Shown one piece after another: positions 26,833 through 37,976 of a stretch of DNA of 64,000 bases (positions are counted from its first letter, which is position 1; every line of letters starts with the position of its first letter). The translations under genes and the position numbers were made by a program. The notes beneath the pieces were generated by a model. It had not been told where the DNA came from and did not search any database. It saw nothing but the letters and a program-made list of their open reading frames with translations. Source of the DNA: Schmidtea polychroa (taxonomy: Eukaryota); NCBI GenBank assembly GCA_044892525.1, contig CM097885.1, forward strand, positions 41,790,001 through 41,854,000, written 5' to 3'.

Positions 26833-27078
26833 ATGCAAGAAGCCTCGGAGATGACATGCAAAGAGTGTAAAACAAGTACGCAAGAACTAAAGCAAAAGTT
26901 TCGTAGCATGCAGGGCAGAATAACAGATTTGGAGGAAGAAAACTTCCGTCTGAAAAGGCGGTTGGACCGTTTGGAAATCTTATTGTTTCAACACGAAGCC
27001 GATTTCGCGATGTTTCGAATGAGAGTAGAAGAAATGGAGGAATCGGAAGATGATGGTGAGATAAATCAATTAGACTAA
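26833..27078 (+). CDS. small coiled-coil protein (81 aa), candidate accessory ORF of the Gypsy element
   Basis: ATG-started ORF in AT-rich surroundings: CxxC, heptad-like LEEENFRLKRRLDRLE, acidic tail. A splice-acceptor-like TTTAATTTCAG lies just upstream. Confidence 0.5.
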   Translation: MQEASEMTCKECKTSTQELKQKFRSMQGRITDLEEENFRLKRRLDRLEILLFQHEADFAMFRMRVEEMEESEDDGEINQLD

Positions 27079-27630
27079 AAAAAAATAAATTATTTAAACG
27101 GACCCTGTTGGTGTTTTTTCGTCCTCGAGAAAAAAAATAATAGTTAAATAAATATAAGTAAATTAACAAATAATCAAATAAATAAACAAATTGATATAAA
27201 GAAATAATTGGGAGTGATAAATAATAGTTTAAATAAAAAAATAAGTTAATTACCAAGTAAATAATCAAATGAATAAACAAATTGATATAAATAAATAATT
27301 AAAAAAGTGATAAATTAAATAAATGAATAATAGATAAAAATGAACAAAGTTAAACGAGCAAATAGAATGACTCAAATAAATGTTGCAAAAAATGAAATGA
27401 CTACCTTAAATGAGCATTAGAAATAAATAATATGGCTGATTAGTAATTAATGAATTAGCATAACTATATAGCAATGGGTAACCCACTGGGCGAGAGAACA
27501 AAATTATAAATAAGTAAGGAATAATTTCACATTAGTAGTAACAAAGACTAATCGCGAAGAGGGACACAATTACCCCACCCTTTCTAGTATAAATTAAAAA
27601 CAAAGGTATGCTGAACATTTATTCAAAGTT

Positions 27631-27930
27631 TTATTCGTCATCAGAGTCCAACAGAACGGGACTTTGGATGCCACAGTCCCATTCCCTGCGTACATTGCAA
27701 GGCGGGCGTCGTTCAAACCTACTGCCTGTATCCACACAGGCAAAGGTACGTTTCAATCCCTTTCGACGCGGTAACAAAGGGACCCTGAAAAAGAAATTAA
27801 AAAACCTGTTAGTATAGCAGTCAAATAACCATTGCATAACATCGAGATGCTCAAACTTAGGTTCTGGGACAGCCTAAAATAGTAAGGGTTGAAAAGAAAA
27901 AACGAAATAAATACTATGTAAAACTCCGTA
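27631..27930 (-). CDS. candidate spliced antisense accessory gene inside the Gypsy element (3' exons)
   Basis: GT-AG introns at 27914-27874 (41 bp) and 27829-27785 (45 bp, contains TACTAAC) join in frame: ..TEFYI|AVPEPKFEHLDVMQW|VPLLPRRKGLKRTFACVDTGSRFERRPPCNVRREWDCGIQSPVLLDSDDE*. The 5' end is unresolved. Confidence 0.4.
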
Positions 27931-28231
27931 GCATGGCGCCCTCGACAAATAATTAGTGCAGGGAAGTAATTGATTTTAAGAATTACGTAATAAATTAATA
28001 AGTATAAATACGGCTAAAATTGTCAGAAAAATACGAGTAGCTGTAATTAGAGGTTTGCTTTTAGTATAAATACAAAATCAAAAATCAAAAATATATGACC
28101 CAAAACATGAGTGTAGGTAGTTGCATAAACAAATTAACGAATTAAAATTAAAAAGTAAATAAGTTAATTTAATAAGCATCAATAAGTTAATTTAATAAGC
28201 AACACGAGCACTTGCAATCACCGGGGAACAA

Positions 28232-28452
28232 AAAAAGAGAGTCGAGAGAACTAAAGGAACAAAAGGTGAATATTGTTTGTTGGCAAAGCATCAACGCCGA
28301 GCGGAGAATCGTATAAAACTTTGATTGGTAATTGTAGCGTGATAATAAATTGTGAACCTGTTGTTTCAATATACGTTGGGTCGTTCATTGTTTTAATTTA
28401 AAGAACACCAGGAGTCAGAGAGAACCGACTTGAAATAATCCAAAACCCAACA
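28232..28452 (+). repeat. 3' LTR remnant (last 221 bp only)
   Basis: Identical by eye to 21385-21605; the first ~820 bp of the LTR are absent. Confidence 0.92.
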
Positions 28453-30241
28453 ACAAGAAAGAGATATTTCAGTAATTAGAGCTGATAGATTGATAAGGCG
28501 AACGATAAATCTATTCCAACATTTAAAATTAAATAAAGGAACATATGAAAAAGAAGCAGATGATATTATTAAAACGAAAAAATACAATATTCCATTTGAA
28601 ATTAATAGAAAAAAAACATCAATTGTTGTTTCGAGAGATAAATTTTTTGATTGTTTAGAAAAACATATGAAAACGCGTTTGCTATTAGACGATAAAAATG
28701 AAAACTATAATAATCTCTTAAATTGCTTTAATTTATTAAATCCAGAAACATGGCCGGGTGATATTTTTGAAGCACCATGGATTGAAGGTGAAAATAGGTT
28801 AGAGCAGTTAAATAAAATAATCAAATACATCATTCCAGTAAATGATTTTCGAGATTTTGTTGATGTGCGAGATAGAGAATATAAAAATATTAATACCATT
28901 TTGAGAGCAAAAAGAATTTTAAATGTAATTGCTGTTAATTCCGCAGAAGCTGAAAGAGGACTCAGCACAATGAACAATATCATTTATGATAAGAGAAATT
29001 CGTTGTTAATTGAAACAACAAGTCATTTAATGACAATAAATTTAATGGGAAAATCGATTGAGGATTTTGATGCAACACCATATGTTAAATTATGGTTGCG
29101 AGAAGGGCATCATATGGCAAGTGAGAAACGTGTCAAAGCAGCCGCACCTCATTTGCCGTCCCAAAACCAAAATTTAATTTGGAAATTATTTAATTAATTT
29201 TTTATACTATTTTTTATACTATTATATATAATATATGTATTTCTTATGTAAATATGTAAATAAATAACTATTATGAAGTAAATATAATCTAAAATAGATT
29301 TTTTTTTCATGCGTACCGGTTGTTAAAAAATTCGAATATCACCACTGGTTTTATACATACATTTGAAGTACTGTTTCGTGATTCTAAAAACAATGCAGAA
29401 ATCATGAAAAAAGCCAAAGATTTGCCATTATCTGCTAAAACAGTACAAGATAGAACTACTAAAATGTCTTCAATGTAACACATCTGCAAGTAGAAGACAT
29501 ATCACTTGCTATAGATGAGTCTTGCAACATAAATGCAGGGCACAAAATACCCTTTTTTCAGGTATATGTCGGCCAAGGTCAAAAAGAAGAACTGTTACGA
29601 TTGCAACCACTCTCAGGAGAAACTCGTTGAGAATATATAGCAAATATTGTGCAAGAAGGTCTGGAAGATAATGGAATCGATATCAAAAAACTTGTTTATA
29701 AAGCATCTGATGGAGCCAGAAGTATGATAAGAATACATAAAGGGGTAACATCAATTCTTCAGGAAAAATAAACCACGAATTTTTAACGTTTAATTCATCA
29801 AGAAACGCTTTGTACCCAAACATTTCCGGCCGAAATAGTTGAGGTCATAAACTTGGGATTTAGGTTTTTAACAGCATCTTGTCAAAAGCACTATACCATC
29901 GCCAATTTAAAGATTTCCTTGAAGAAATAGATAGTCAGTTTTTTTTTATATTTTTGCACAATAAAGTACGATGGCTTTTTAGAGTTAACATACTGCAACG
30001 TTTTGCTTTGTGCTTGAGTGAAATAAAAACAATGCTTAATGAAAAAAATAGTGACCATCCTGAATTGGAAGAAGAAAAGTGGCTGCGAAAATTCAACTTC
30101 ATGGTAAATATCACAATGAAACTAAATTAACTTAATCTAAAACTGCGAGGAAATGGCACTTTAAAAAGACAACGTTTTGCTTGAAGAAGTAGTTTGTCTC
30201 GAAAAAAATTACTTTTTTGTTGTTGAAGACATGGAGAGCAG

Positions 30242-31190
30242 TGTTGAGTTATTGAGTTGGTGATAATTTTAAATGTTACTCTGACTCCAAGCGTGTCTTT
30301 ATACGATTCACAATTAACACTTGACAACAGAAATCTTTATTGATAATCACAAATAAACTTTCACTTGACACTGGCAATAAATTCAACACTCTGCTTGGTG
30401 ACTATACAATACTTATTACAACACTCGGTGAGGATTAAAAGATCACAAATTACCGATTGGTTTATCAACTGGGACTTTAAGCTGGTTGTTTTCTTTGACT
30501 TTCTTCCAAACTTTATTCAAATAATCAATAACTTCTTTTCGTTTTATTTTTCAACTAATTCTTTTCTTCAACTCTTCTCCAATAATTATTCTCCACAATT
30601 ATTTCCTTTAAAATTATTTTTCACAATCGTTCATCCAACAACGTTTCGTCCAACGTTGTCTAATTTTCTCCAATAATTTTATTTCTCAAATCGTCTCTCA
30701 AATCGTCTTCCAATTTGTCTCAATTTCGTTCTAATTTCATGTCCACCAGTTTTCCCTCATATAGTTCACTTCTCTTGTGGCACTCTAGATAATCAAGTGT
30801 TTTTCCATTTCCTTCTCCTGCTTTCCCCTACTGTCCAATTTTTATCTCTAACAGCTGTCAAGTTATTTTCCCTTTTCCCTTTTTTGTTTGACCGCCTTCT
30901 ACCATCAATTCTGTTATCACTGGTAAGCTGTCGAGATAAGGATATTGTTGTTTTCCTTTTTCCCCAATTTCAAAATTTCTTTTCCTTTTTGTATTAATTA
31001 ATTAGTACTGACCTTGGTTTTCATTTTCCTGTTTGATTCCTTTTATTTCCTTTATCTTTCTCATTTTTAATTTCTTTTTACTTCCTTTTTCTTTCTGAGT
31101 TCCAATAGATCATCCCGTTTGTCATGGCGATCTTCCCCCCATGTAATTTTATTTATTTCTTTATGAATTATTATTTAGGTATCCTCAACA
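30242..31190 (-). mobile_element. solo LTR (949 bp), Gypsy-type
   Basis: TG...CA ends (TGTTGAG...CCTCAACA); 4-bp TSD GCAG. It interrupts the hAT transposase, whose frame rejoins across it. Highly similar to 42666-43661. Confidence 0.92.
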
Positions 31191-32152
31191 GCAGTAAATT
31201 ACTTCATTTTAAAAATCCGAAGCAATATCGCAATGAGACCAATGCAATTATTGGCACAAATTACTTCAGCATAGTTTTAAAAAACATGACGGATGGATTC
31301 GCTAAGATATTTACTTCATTTCATTTATTCAATTTTACAATTAAGTTTTTTTAATTTAAGTAACTTTTAAGGTTTGAATTTTGATTTTATAAAATTATGA
31401 GATCACTATTCAAGATTTTAAATGTTATTTGTAGTCAATATTTTGATTATAAATTATTTTTAATAATTTAGGTTTTTTATAGGATTTTTTATGACATTGA
31501 ATTTATTTGGAATTATTTCGATAAAATGTAAGTTAGATTGATATTTTTAACTATGAATAAATAAAGAAATCACCAAAAACATTTATTTTTTTAAGACATT
31601 TAAGAAAGAAGTGCAGTATATTTTTTGTAATGTTCTTTATCCAGCTCATTTATATGGCGAATTTTGTCATTTTATGTAATTATTTTTTTATAAAAGTTAA
31701 AAAAATTTACGATCTAAAAATCTAAAGAAATAAAGAAATAATAGCCATGAATTTTTATATATTAAAAATAATGATATGTTAACAATATGTTTATTACTTT
31801 CTACTTTCGGAATAAAAAAAGCATTTTTATAATATGTTTGTATTTAAAATTATTTTTCTGTCACTTTCTCAATTCCTACAATAAAACTTTTAACATTCGG
31901 AACAATAAATTTTTGCACACAGGTAAGTTTGTGTGTTGCTATAGTATAATTTTATCGTATTTTTTTGATTATAGAAACTTTTATATTCTGGATTTAAGTG
32001 TATTAAGAAGTGTTCATATATTAGAACGGGTTGACTGTAATAACTAGCGACCTTGTCCTGTTACACACAATAACACAAACGGCACATTTACTGGTGACTC
32101 TGCTGGGTTTATCAATTCTTAATAAAATCAAAACAAAGTCCCAAAAATATAT

Positions 32153-35100
32153 TTAGTGATCACTATAAAAGGCTCTTAAGTTTTTATCCTTTCCTCCAGC
32201 GTACAATAGGACATCTGTCGGATGAAAACAAACTGAATACATATCACCAGCTTGTTCCACCTTCTCAAACAGCGAGACGGGCACCACTAATGGGTTTTTG
32301 TCGAATGTACTGTAGACCTTTGAGTAGAAACAGACCACAGTTCCATTTCCTGTTCCGCAGGCCATTAAAGGATAATTCTTGTGCAACGTTATTGATCTCA
32401 CAATATTTTTATTGATACTAAAGACAGGTAGTAAATTATAATATTGGCTATAGAAATGATTTGTTACTTCAATGTTTTGAATGGTGAAATTCCCATATCG
32501 AGATCAAACCAACAAATTTTGCCCTCGAATGTTCCGACAACCAAGTGATTCTCTGTTGGATGCATTTCCATAACACTCGGGTTGCCGGTTACTTGTAGAG
32601 TTTTTATGAGTTTCTTTTGTGCCAAATCATAAACTTGAATATTAGACGTATTGCATTCTGCCAAGAACAATAATGGCACATTCTTCCCACAATGGAATCT
32701 TCCCGTTAACCAGGATTGTTTGTTGTCAGAAAATGGCGAAAGTGTTGCACATTTACTCAAACGATGGATTTGGATTTTTCCTCCACTACTTGTAGATTTC
32801 CCTTTGCCACAAATAGTCAAAAAATAATCCCCTCCCGAATGCCAGTTCATATCGAGAACAGTCTATTGAATAAATGATAATAATTAATCCAATAATTATA
32901 ATTGAAATACTATAAATCAATGATTATAAATGAAATATTATAAATCAATAGTTACAAATAAAATATTATAAATCGTTAATTATAAATGAAATATTATAAA
33001 TCAATAATTAGAAATGAAATATTATAAATCGATAAATATAAATGAAATATTAAAATCAATAATTACAAATAAAATATTAAAATCAATAATTAAAAAATCA
33101 TAATAAAAATCAATGATTATAAGTGAAATATATAAATCGATAATTATAAATGAAATATTAAAAATAAATAATTATAAATGAAATATTATAAATCGATAAT
33201 TATAAATGAAATATTAAAAATCAATAATTACAAATAAAATATCAAAATCAATGATTATAAATGAAATATATAAATCGATAATTATAAATGAAATATTAGA
33301 AATAAATAATTATAAATGAAATATTAGAAATAAATAATTATAAATGAAATATTATAAATCGATAATTATAAATGAAATATTAAAAATCAATAATTACAAA
33401 TAAAATATTAAAATCAATAATTAAATAATCATAATAAAAATCAATAATTACAAATAAAATATTAAAATCAATAATTAAATAATCATAATAAAAATCAATA
33501 ATTACAAATAAAATATCAAAATCAATAATTAATAAAAATCATAATAATAAAAATCAATGATTATAAATGAAATATATAAATCGATAATTATAAATGAAAT
33601 ATTAAAAATCAATAATTACAAATAAAATATTAAAATCAATAATTAAATAATCATAATAAAAATCAATAATTACAAATAAAATATCAAAATCAATAATTAA
33701 TAAAAATCATAATAATAAAAATCAATGATTATAAATGAAATATATAAATCGATAATTATAAATGAAATATTAAAAATAAATAATTAAAAATGAAATATTA
33801 AAAATAAATAATTAAAAATGAAATATTATAAATATTATAAATTACATCATCTAATTCAACAACCAAATTAGAAAGTTGTTTTTTTAATCGTTCAGTTTCT
33901 TCGTTTTTATTTAATTTCCAATTGCCGGACAATTTGGTTTTCTTTGAAGATGGCTCTTCTTCATCCAGTGACGATGCGTTGATTGAATTGGAATACCATT
34001 CATTCATTGTCAATTCTGATACCCCTTTGTCTGACAATCCCGGATTGATTATCACTATTTTACTGCCAATTGCAACTGCTAATAAGCCACATTGAGGACG
34101 CCATGCCAATGATGGGTTACGAATTGTAAGATCTTCTTTCTCCTGGTTAAACATTGCAATTGGGTATCTACGTTCCATGAATAGACCTGTAGTTCCAGAA
34201 TTGTGACAAATGGTGATATGCTCGTATCCCACCGCTGCAATGTATGAACCACAGCAAGATACACTGACGCTCAATATCATATCTCCTGAATCCCTACAAA
34301 ATTTGAATCGTTTGACAATAAATTAAACGATAAATATCATTGCTAACTTGGTTAATTTTACGAGATTTGGGAACGGTTTCATTTCATTATACGATGGAAT
34401 GTTTTGTTTCAACATCTGTTCAGTACTACTATGTACCTTATCTTTCACTACACGAGCTGAAAACGCCAGATCTCTCAATCGTTTCTCTTTCTCTAATATC
34501 GGAGCTGTGCTGTATGGAACAGAACGTAAATTTGGATAAGCAGTTGGAATAAATGGACGTTCACCATACTGTCTGCTTGGGTTGTATGAACGATCGTAAA
34601 ATCTCTTAATTAATATCTTCTTTTCCTTTTCAGTTAATAAATATTCTTCTGGAGGATTGTAAGACTCTTCATGGCCCGGTAGCTTTTCGGGGGGAGGTCT
34701 TATGATTTGACGAATAGTTTGATATTTTGTTTGATAATCAGGGCGAAGTTCTTTGGGCAACCATTCCAAATATTCAGCAGACACATTCTTAAGAACTTTT
34801 TTATCATAATCGGAACTCCAGACATCAGGTACTCTAGTATTCATGATATAATCATAATCACTATCTAATACTTTGTCCTTATCCTCGGGTTCTGGTAATA
34901 TCATTCTTCCTGTCTTAATAGCATAGACCATTCTACTTACTCTCTTTCTATCAGATAATGATGGAATAAAACTTTTTTTCTGAGGAGGTTGAGCCGAAAC
35001 GGGTGTATCCATAACATCTCTTGTAAACCAATTATTATTATATTCTTCGTTATTAGTGTGTAATGATAAAAATCCTCGACTTGAACATAGTCCTTTGATC

Positions 35101-35405
35101 AACATAATGTCCTTGTCGCTAAGAGCAACATTTTGACCAGTTAAAGGATCCCTAATTATTGTAGTTTTATCCGCATTTTCAACATTGTCAATAAATGAAT
35201 CAACAGCACCTTTCGCTCCAGATATTTTCATAAGTGGTCTACCACTTATATCGTATCCAACATGAGATGTATTTTTATACCATTCCAACGGAATGTTACC
35301 AATAGTATTTTGAATATCCTAATTTTTAAATATTTATTGAAATAAAAACAATGAAAATACTTCTTCGTCGGATGAGTCAAAATCATACTCATTACTTTGA
35401 AACAT
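32153..35405 (-). CDS. BOP1: ribosome biogenesis protein BOP1/Erb1 (BOP1NT domain plus WD40 repeats), about 707 aa
   Basis: Exons (minus strand): 35405-35361, 35318-34348, 34293-33846, 32862-32468, 32417-32153; all introns GT-AG and phases consistent (2124 nt). Signature motifs DSSDEEDIQNTIGNIPLEWY, HVGYD, KKSFIPS, LPGHEESYNPPEEYL, LRSVP, WHSGGDYF, WFDLD, NPLVVPV, FHPT. A further upstream exon is possible. Confidence 0.93.
32885..33840. repeat. AT-rich minisatellite (about 28-30 bp units, AAATCRATAATTAYAAATRAAATATTA) with higher-order blocks, filling BOP1 intron 3
   Basis: Tandem degenerate units occupy nearly the whole 983-bp intron. Confidence 0.9.
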
Positions 35406-35763
35406 GTTTCTATTAAAATTAAAAATTTTTAATTTAAATAAGTAATATTTAAACAAATATAATCAAGTAAAATGAAAAATAGAGATATTTAAAATATGAA
35501 GATTTTCATTTATAGTGCGAAATGCAGAGATTATAGATAAGAAAAATATAAAAATTAAATATATCTTATGTTTAGAATAAGTATTTTAATTATTGAAAAA
35601 AAATGAACTAAAAATATTATATGCTATATAAAAAGACTAAATAAAAAAAGGTATTATTTGTAAAAAAAATTTACTTAAAAATAAAGAACTGTAATTTTGA
35701 CAATATAATAGAAAAATTACCAGCAGATAATTTTTAATTGTTTTTGAATATTAATACCCTTAA

Positions 35764-36690
35764 CTACATTCTACACGAATAATCTTCTTGTTTTTGTCGA
35801 ACAAAGTCATCAATGATAGCTTTCTCTGTTAATTGATATGCTATTGATAGCTTGACGAGATTTATCAGTCGTAAACTATGTGTGAAAGATCTTAAGTAAT
35901 TCTTAATTATTTTTAATTTTGAGAAATTTCTTTCACAACTAATCACACTTACAGCAGTTGTTAGGAAAAGTCCTAATAAAATGATAATACTCGGAACGTA
36001 ACTTCTAAGATTGTATTTTTGAATAAATTGTAAAAGTTCAAAGAGGCACTTCAATGTATCGTTTGGTCGTGCATGATTACAACATCAACTAAACCTAATA
36101 GTCTTTTGCTTTCAACAAAGAACTATTCCGAATGAATGCCATTCTAACCTTTATTTAGCTGACAATTGCTATCTTCAATTAAATGATTTGACGAAGCAAC
36201 AAATTTCTATTTTTCAACAAGAACATGAAACTATAGAAATATCATATTTAAATTTTGAACCACTCTATTTAGTGAAGAAAATATGTCTCATCACATTTTA
36301 GTATCATATAGTAACTAAGTATCATTTTATCCATCACCAAATATTTGTTTCTTTTTTTGCTTCAATTCTGACGTTCCATGACAAATTCTAGATAATCACA
36401 AAGTTCTTTGGCAAATATTATTGGATTGTCCACTATCTTGTCTACATTTTCCATTCAAAACGAATTAAAGTTTGACATCGCAATTTTGTATGTTTTTTGT
36501 TTCGCTCTTTGCGAACTATTAAAGATTAAATATCTTCACACTATGTATAATCATGCTTTAACCCCTCATTATTGATCCACCTTTTAACTTCTAATTCAAA
36601 TTCAATTTTAACTTTGTCTTCAAAGTTGCATTATGGAAACAGTATATTTCAGATGTTACTAATTTATATTATTTCCCAGTTTCAAAAGAT
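35764..36690 (-). pseudogene. degraded hAT transposase C-terminal region; probable host site of the 36702-41271 insertion
   Basis: AVSVISCERNFSKLKIIKNYLRS is the hAT dimerisation-domain motif; upstream sequence is heavily decayed. Confidence 0.7.
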
Positions 36691-36880
36691 ACCACATACA
36701 CTATGAGGAAGTTTTATGATGAAGAAATTTTTAAATTGAAAATTTTAAAAATTAAATTTAGATTAATTTTTAAAAAAAAATAAGAAGTTATTTTAATTAA
36801 AAATATCTTCGTAGAAAATTTGTTTAAATAAGAAAGTTTAAAGATATAATTTGATACTGATATTTACTGAAATAAAATTT

Positions 36881-37976
36881 ATGGAAACAAAAACTGATTT
36901 TAATGTTTTACAGGATGAACCTCCTAATATGGTGGCAGCGGTAAACACTGACGCAATCACCGAAAGATTGCTACCAAAGGTATTCTGCCAAGGTGACGAC
37001 TTGGAAAAGTTCATTAAAAGATGCGAAATTTATTTCGACGCCAAGGGAATCACGCAGAAGAAAGATCAGGAAAGATTAACATCTTGCATGATTGATGAGG
37101 ACCTCCTGGAAGTGTATGCCAAAACACTGAAAAAAGCCGAAGGATTCCAGGCTAGGTTGCGATTGGCATTCGATCGTGAAAGAGATGTTTTAAAGGATCT
37201 ACAAAACTTGTTGAATTACAAGTGGAAGGGTGAAGAAATAGAAACGTATTTTAAAAAGGTGGAGGACCTTGTTGATAGGTTGTTTGAAAATAAAGAATTT
37301 ACCAAAGAGAAATTAACAGCAAGGATGTTAATAGTATGTGCGGAGAATAAAGAAGTGGAGAAAGAAGTGATACTACGGAAGATAAAAAGCACAGAAGAAA
37401 TAAAGGAAACACTAATTCTGATGGACAAAGTAGACAAGCAAAGAGATCAGATAAACAGAATTGAAAAGTTACGCCAGAGTGGTCTATCAGGAACCACAGA
37501 AAAGAGTACAATACAAGAAGAAAGAACAAAGAGAAGAAAGTATCCGAAGAGAAATGCCAGAATGTTGGTTATGCCACAAAATAGGACACACAAAAATTGA
37601 TTGTCCAATAAAAGGTAAAATAGAATGCTGGACATGTCACAGAAGCGGACATATAAGTAGAAACTGTCCAGATAAAAAAGCTCCAAGATGTTTTGGGTGT
37701 GGGAAAGAAGGTCATATAAGAAGATTGTGTCAGGAAATACGTTGTGAAAGATGTAGCAGAAATGGTCATAGATCCGAGGAGTGTTATACAAAGATGAGGT
37801 ACGGGAGAGTGACAGAGAGACAAAGACTCACGGGAAACAGATACAGTCGGATAAATGGTATCGAGGAAGAAGTAGAAAGGGAGTCGTGTGTAGAGACAAA
37901 TGAAGATAATTTTAGGAAGACGTACCCAAACAACAGGGCTCCACCAGTAGAGGAGTTGGTTGGAGGCATATTCTAA
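36881..37976 (+). pseudogene. gag: gag with four CCHC zinc knuckles; one frameshift at about 37460
   Basis: ORFs 36851-37600 and 37461-37976 join (the 1-1110 copy reads QINAMKSY without a shift). Knuckles: CWLCHKIGHTKIDC, CWTCHRSGHISRNC, CFGCGKEGHIRRLC, CERCSRNGHRSEEC. The start ATG is 36881 or 36929. Confidence 0.88.
36930..36942 (+). promoter_or_regulatory. primer-binding site complementary to the tRNA-Leu 3' end
   Basis: TGGTGGCAGCGGT is the reverse complement of ...ACCGCTGCCACCA, the 3' end of eukaryotic tRNA-Leu(AAG/TAG). It abuts the 5' LTR directly. Confidence 0.85.

Larger units (their letters stand above)
20564..28452 (+). mobile_element. Ty3/Gypsy LTR retrotransposon with a Pol-fused membrane-protein extension; gag-pro deletion and 3' LTR U3 deletion
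   Basis: Begins TGTTGAGG and ends CCCAACA; 4-bp TSD ACAA (20560-20563, 28453-28456). tRNA-Trp-like PBS. Domain order PR-RT-RH-IN. Confidence 0.95.
19063..29197 (+). pseudogene. hAT transposase of element 18369-29347 (segments 19063-20563 and 28457-29197)
   Basis: Motifs IIIDEAST, FCSDGASVMLG, HCLAHRIQL, RW and the hATC-like NSAEAERGLSTMN. The frame rejoins across the Gypsy insertion (..ALQ|ERDISVIRAD..). Disabled by an extra T at about 19090 and a ~100-bp tandem duplication at about 19604-19807. Confidence 0.9.
18369..29347 (+). mobile_element. hAT DNA transposon (ZNF862/KIAA1586-like transposase), interrupted by the Gypsy element
   Basis: Perfect 14-bp TIR CAGTGGTGATATTC (18369-18382; 29334-29347); perfect 8-bp TSD GTTTTATA. 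The subterminal motif GTACCGGTTGTT occurs at both ends. Confidence 0.95.
17983..31330 (+). pseudogene. degenerate hAT transposase (GTF2IRD2/EPM2AIP1-like, Buster/Charlie group), split into 17983-18368, 29356-30241 and 31195-~31330 by nested insertions
   Basis: Fragments read MASDRK..EFNQD..FAF..TCLI..LERHFTSKH, then LPLSAKTVQDR, AIDES, SDGARSM, HRQFKDFLEE...HNKVRWL, MESS|KLLHF. Many stops and frameshifts. Its own TIRs were not located. Confidence 0.82.
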
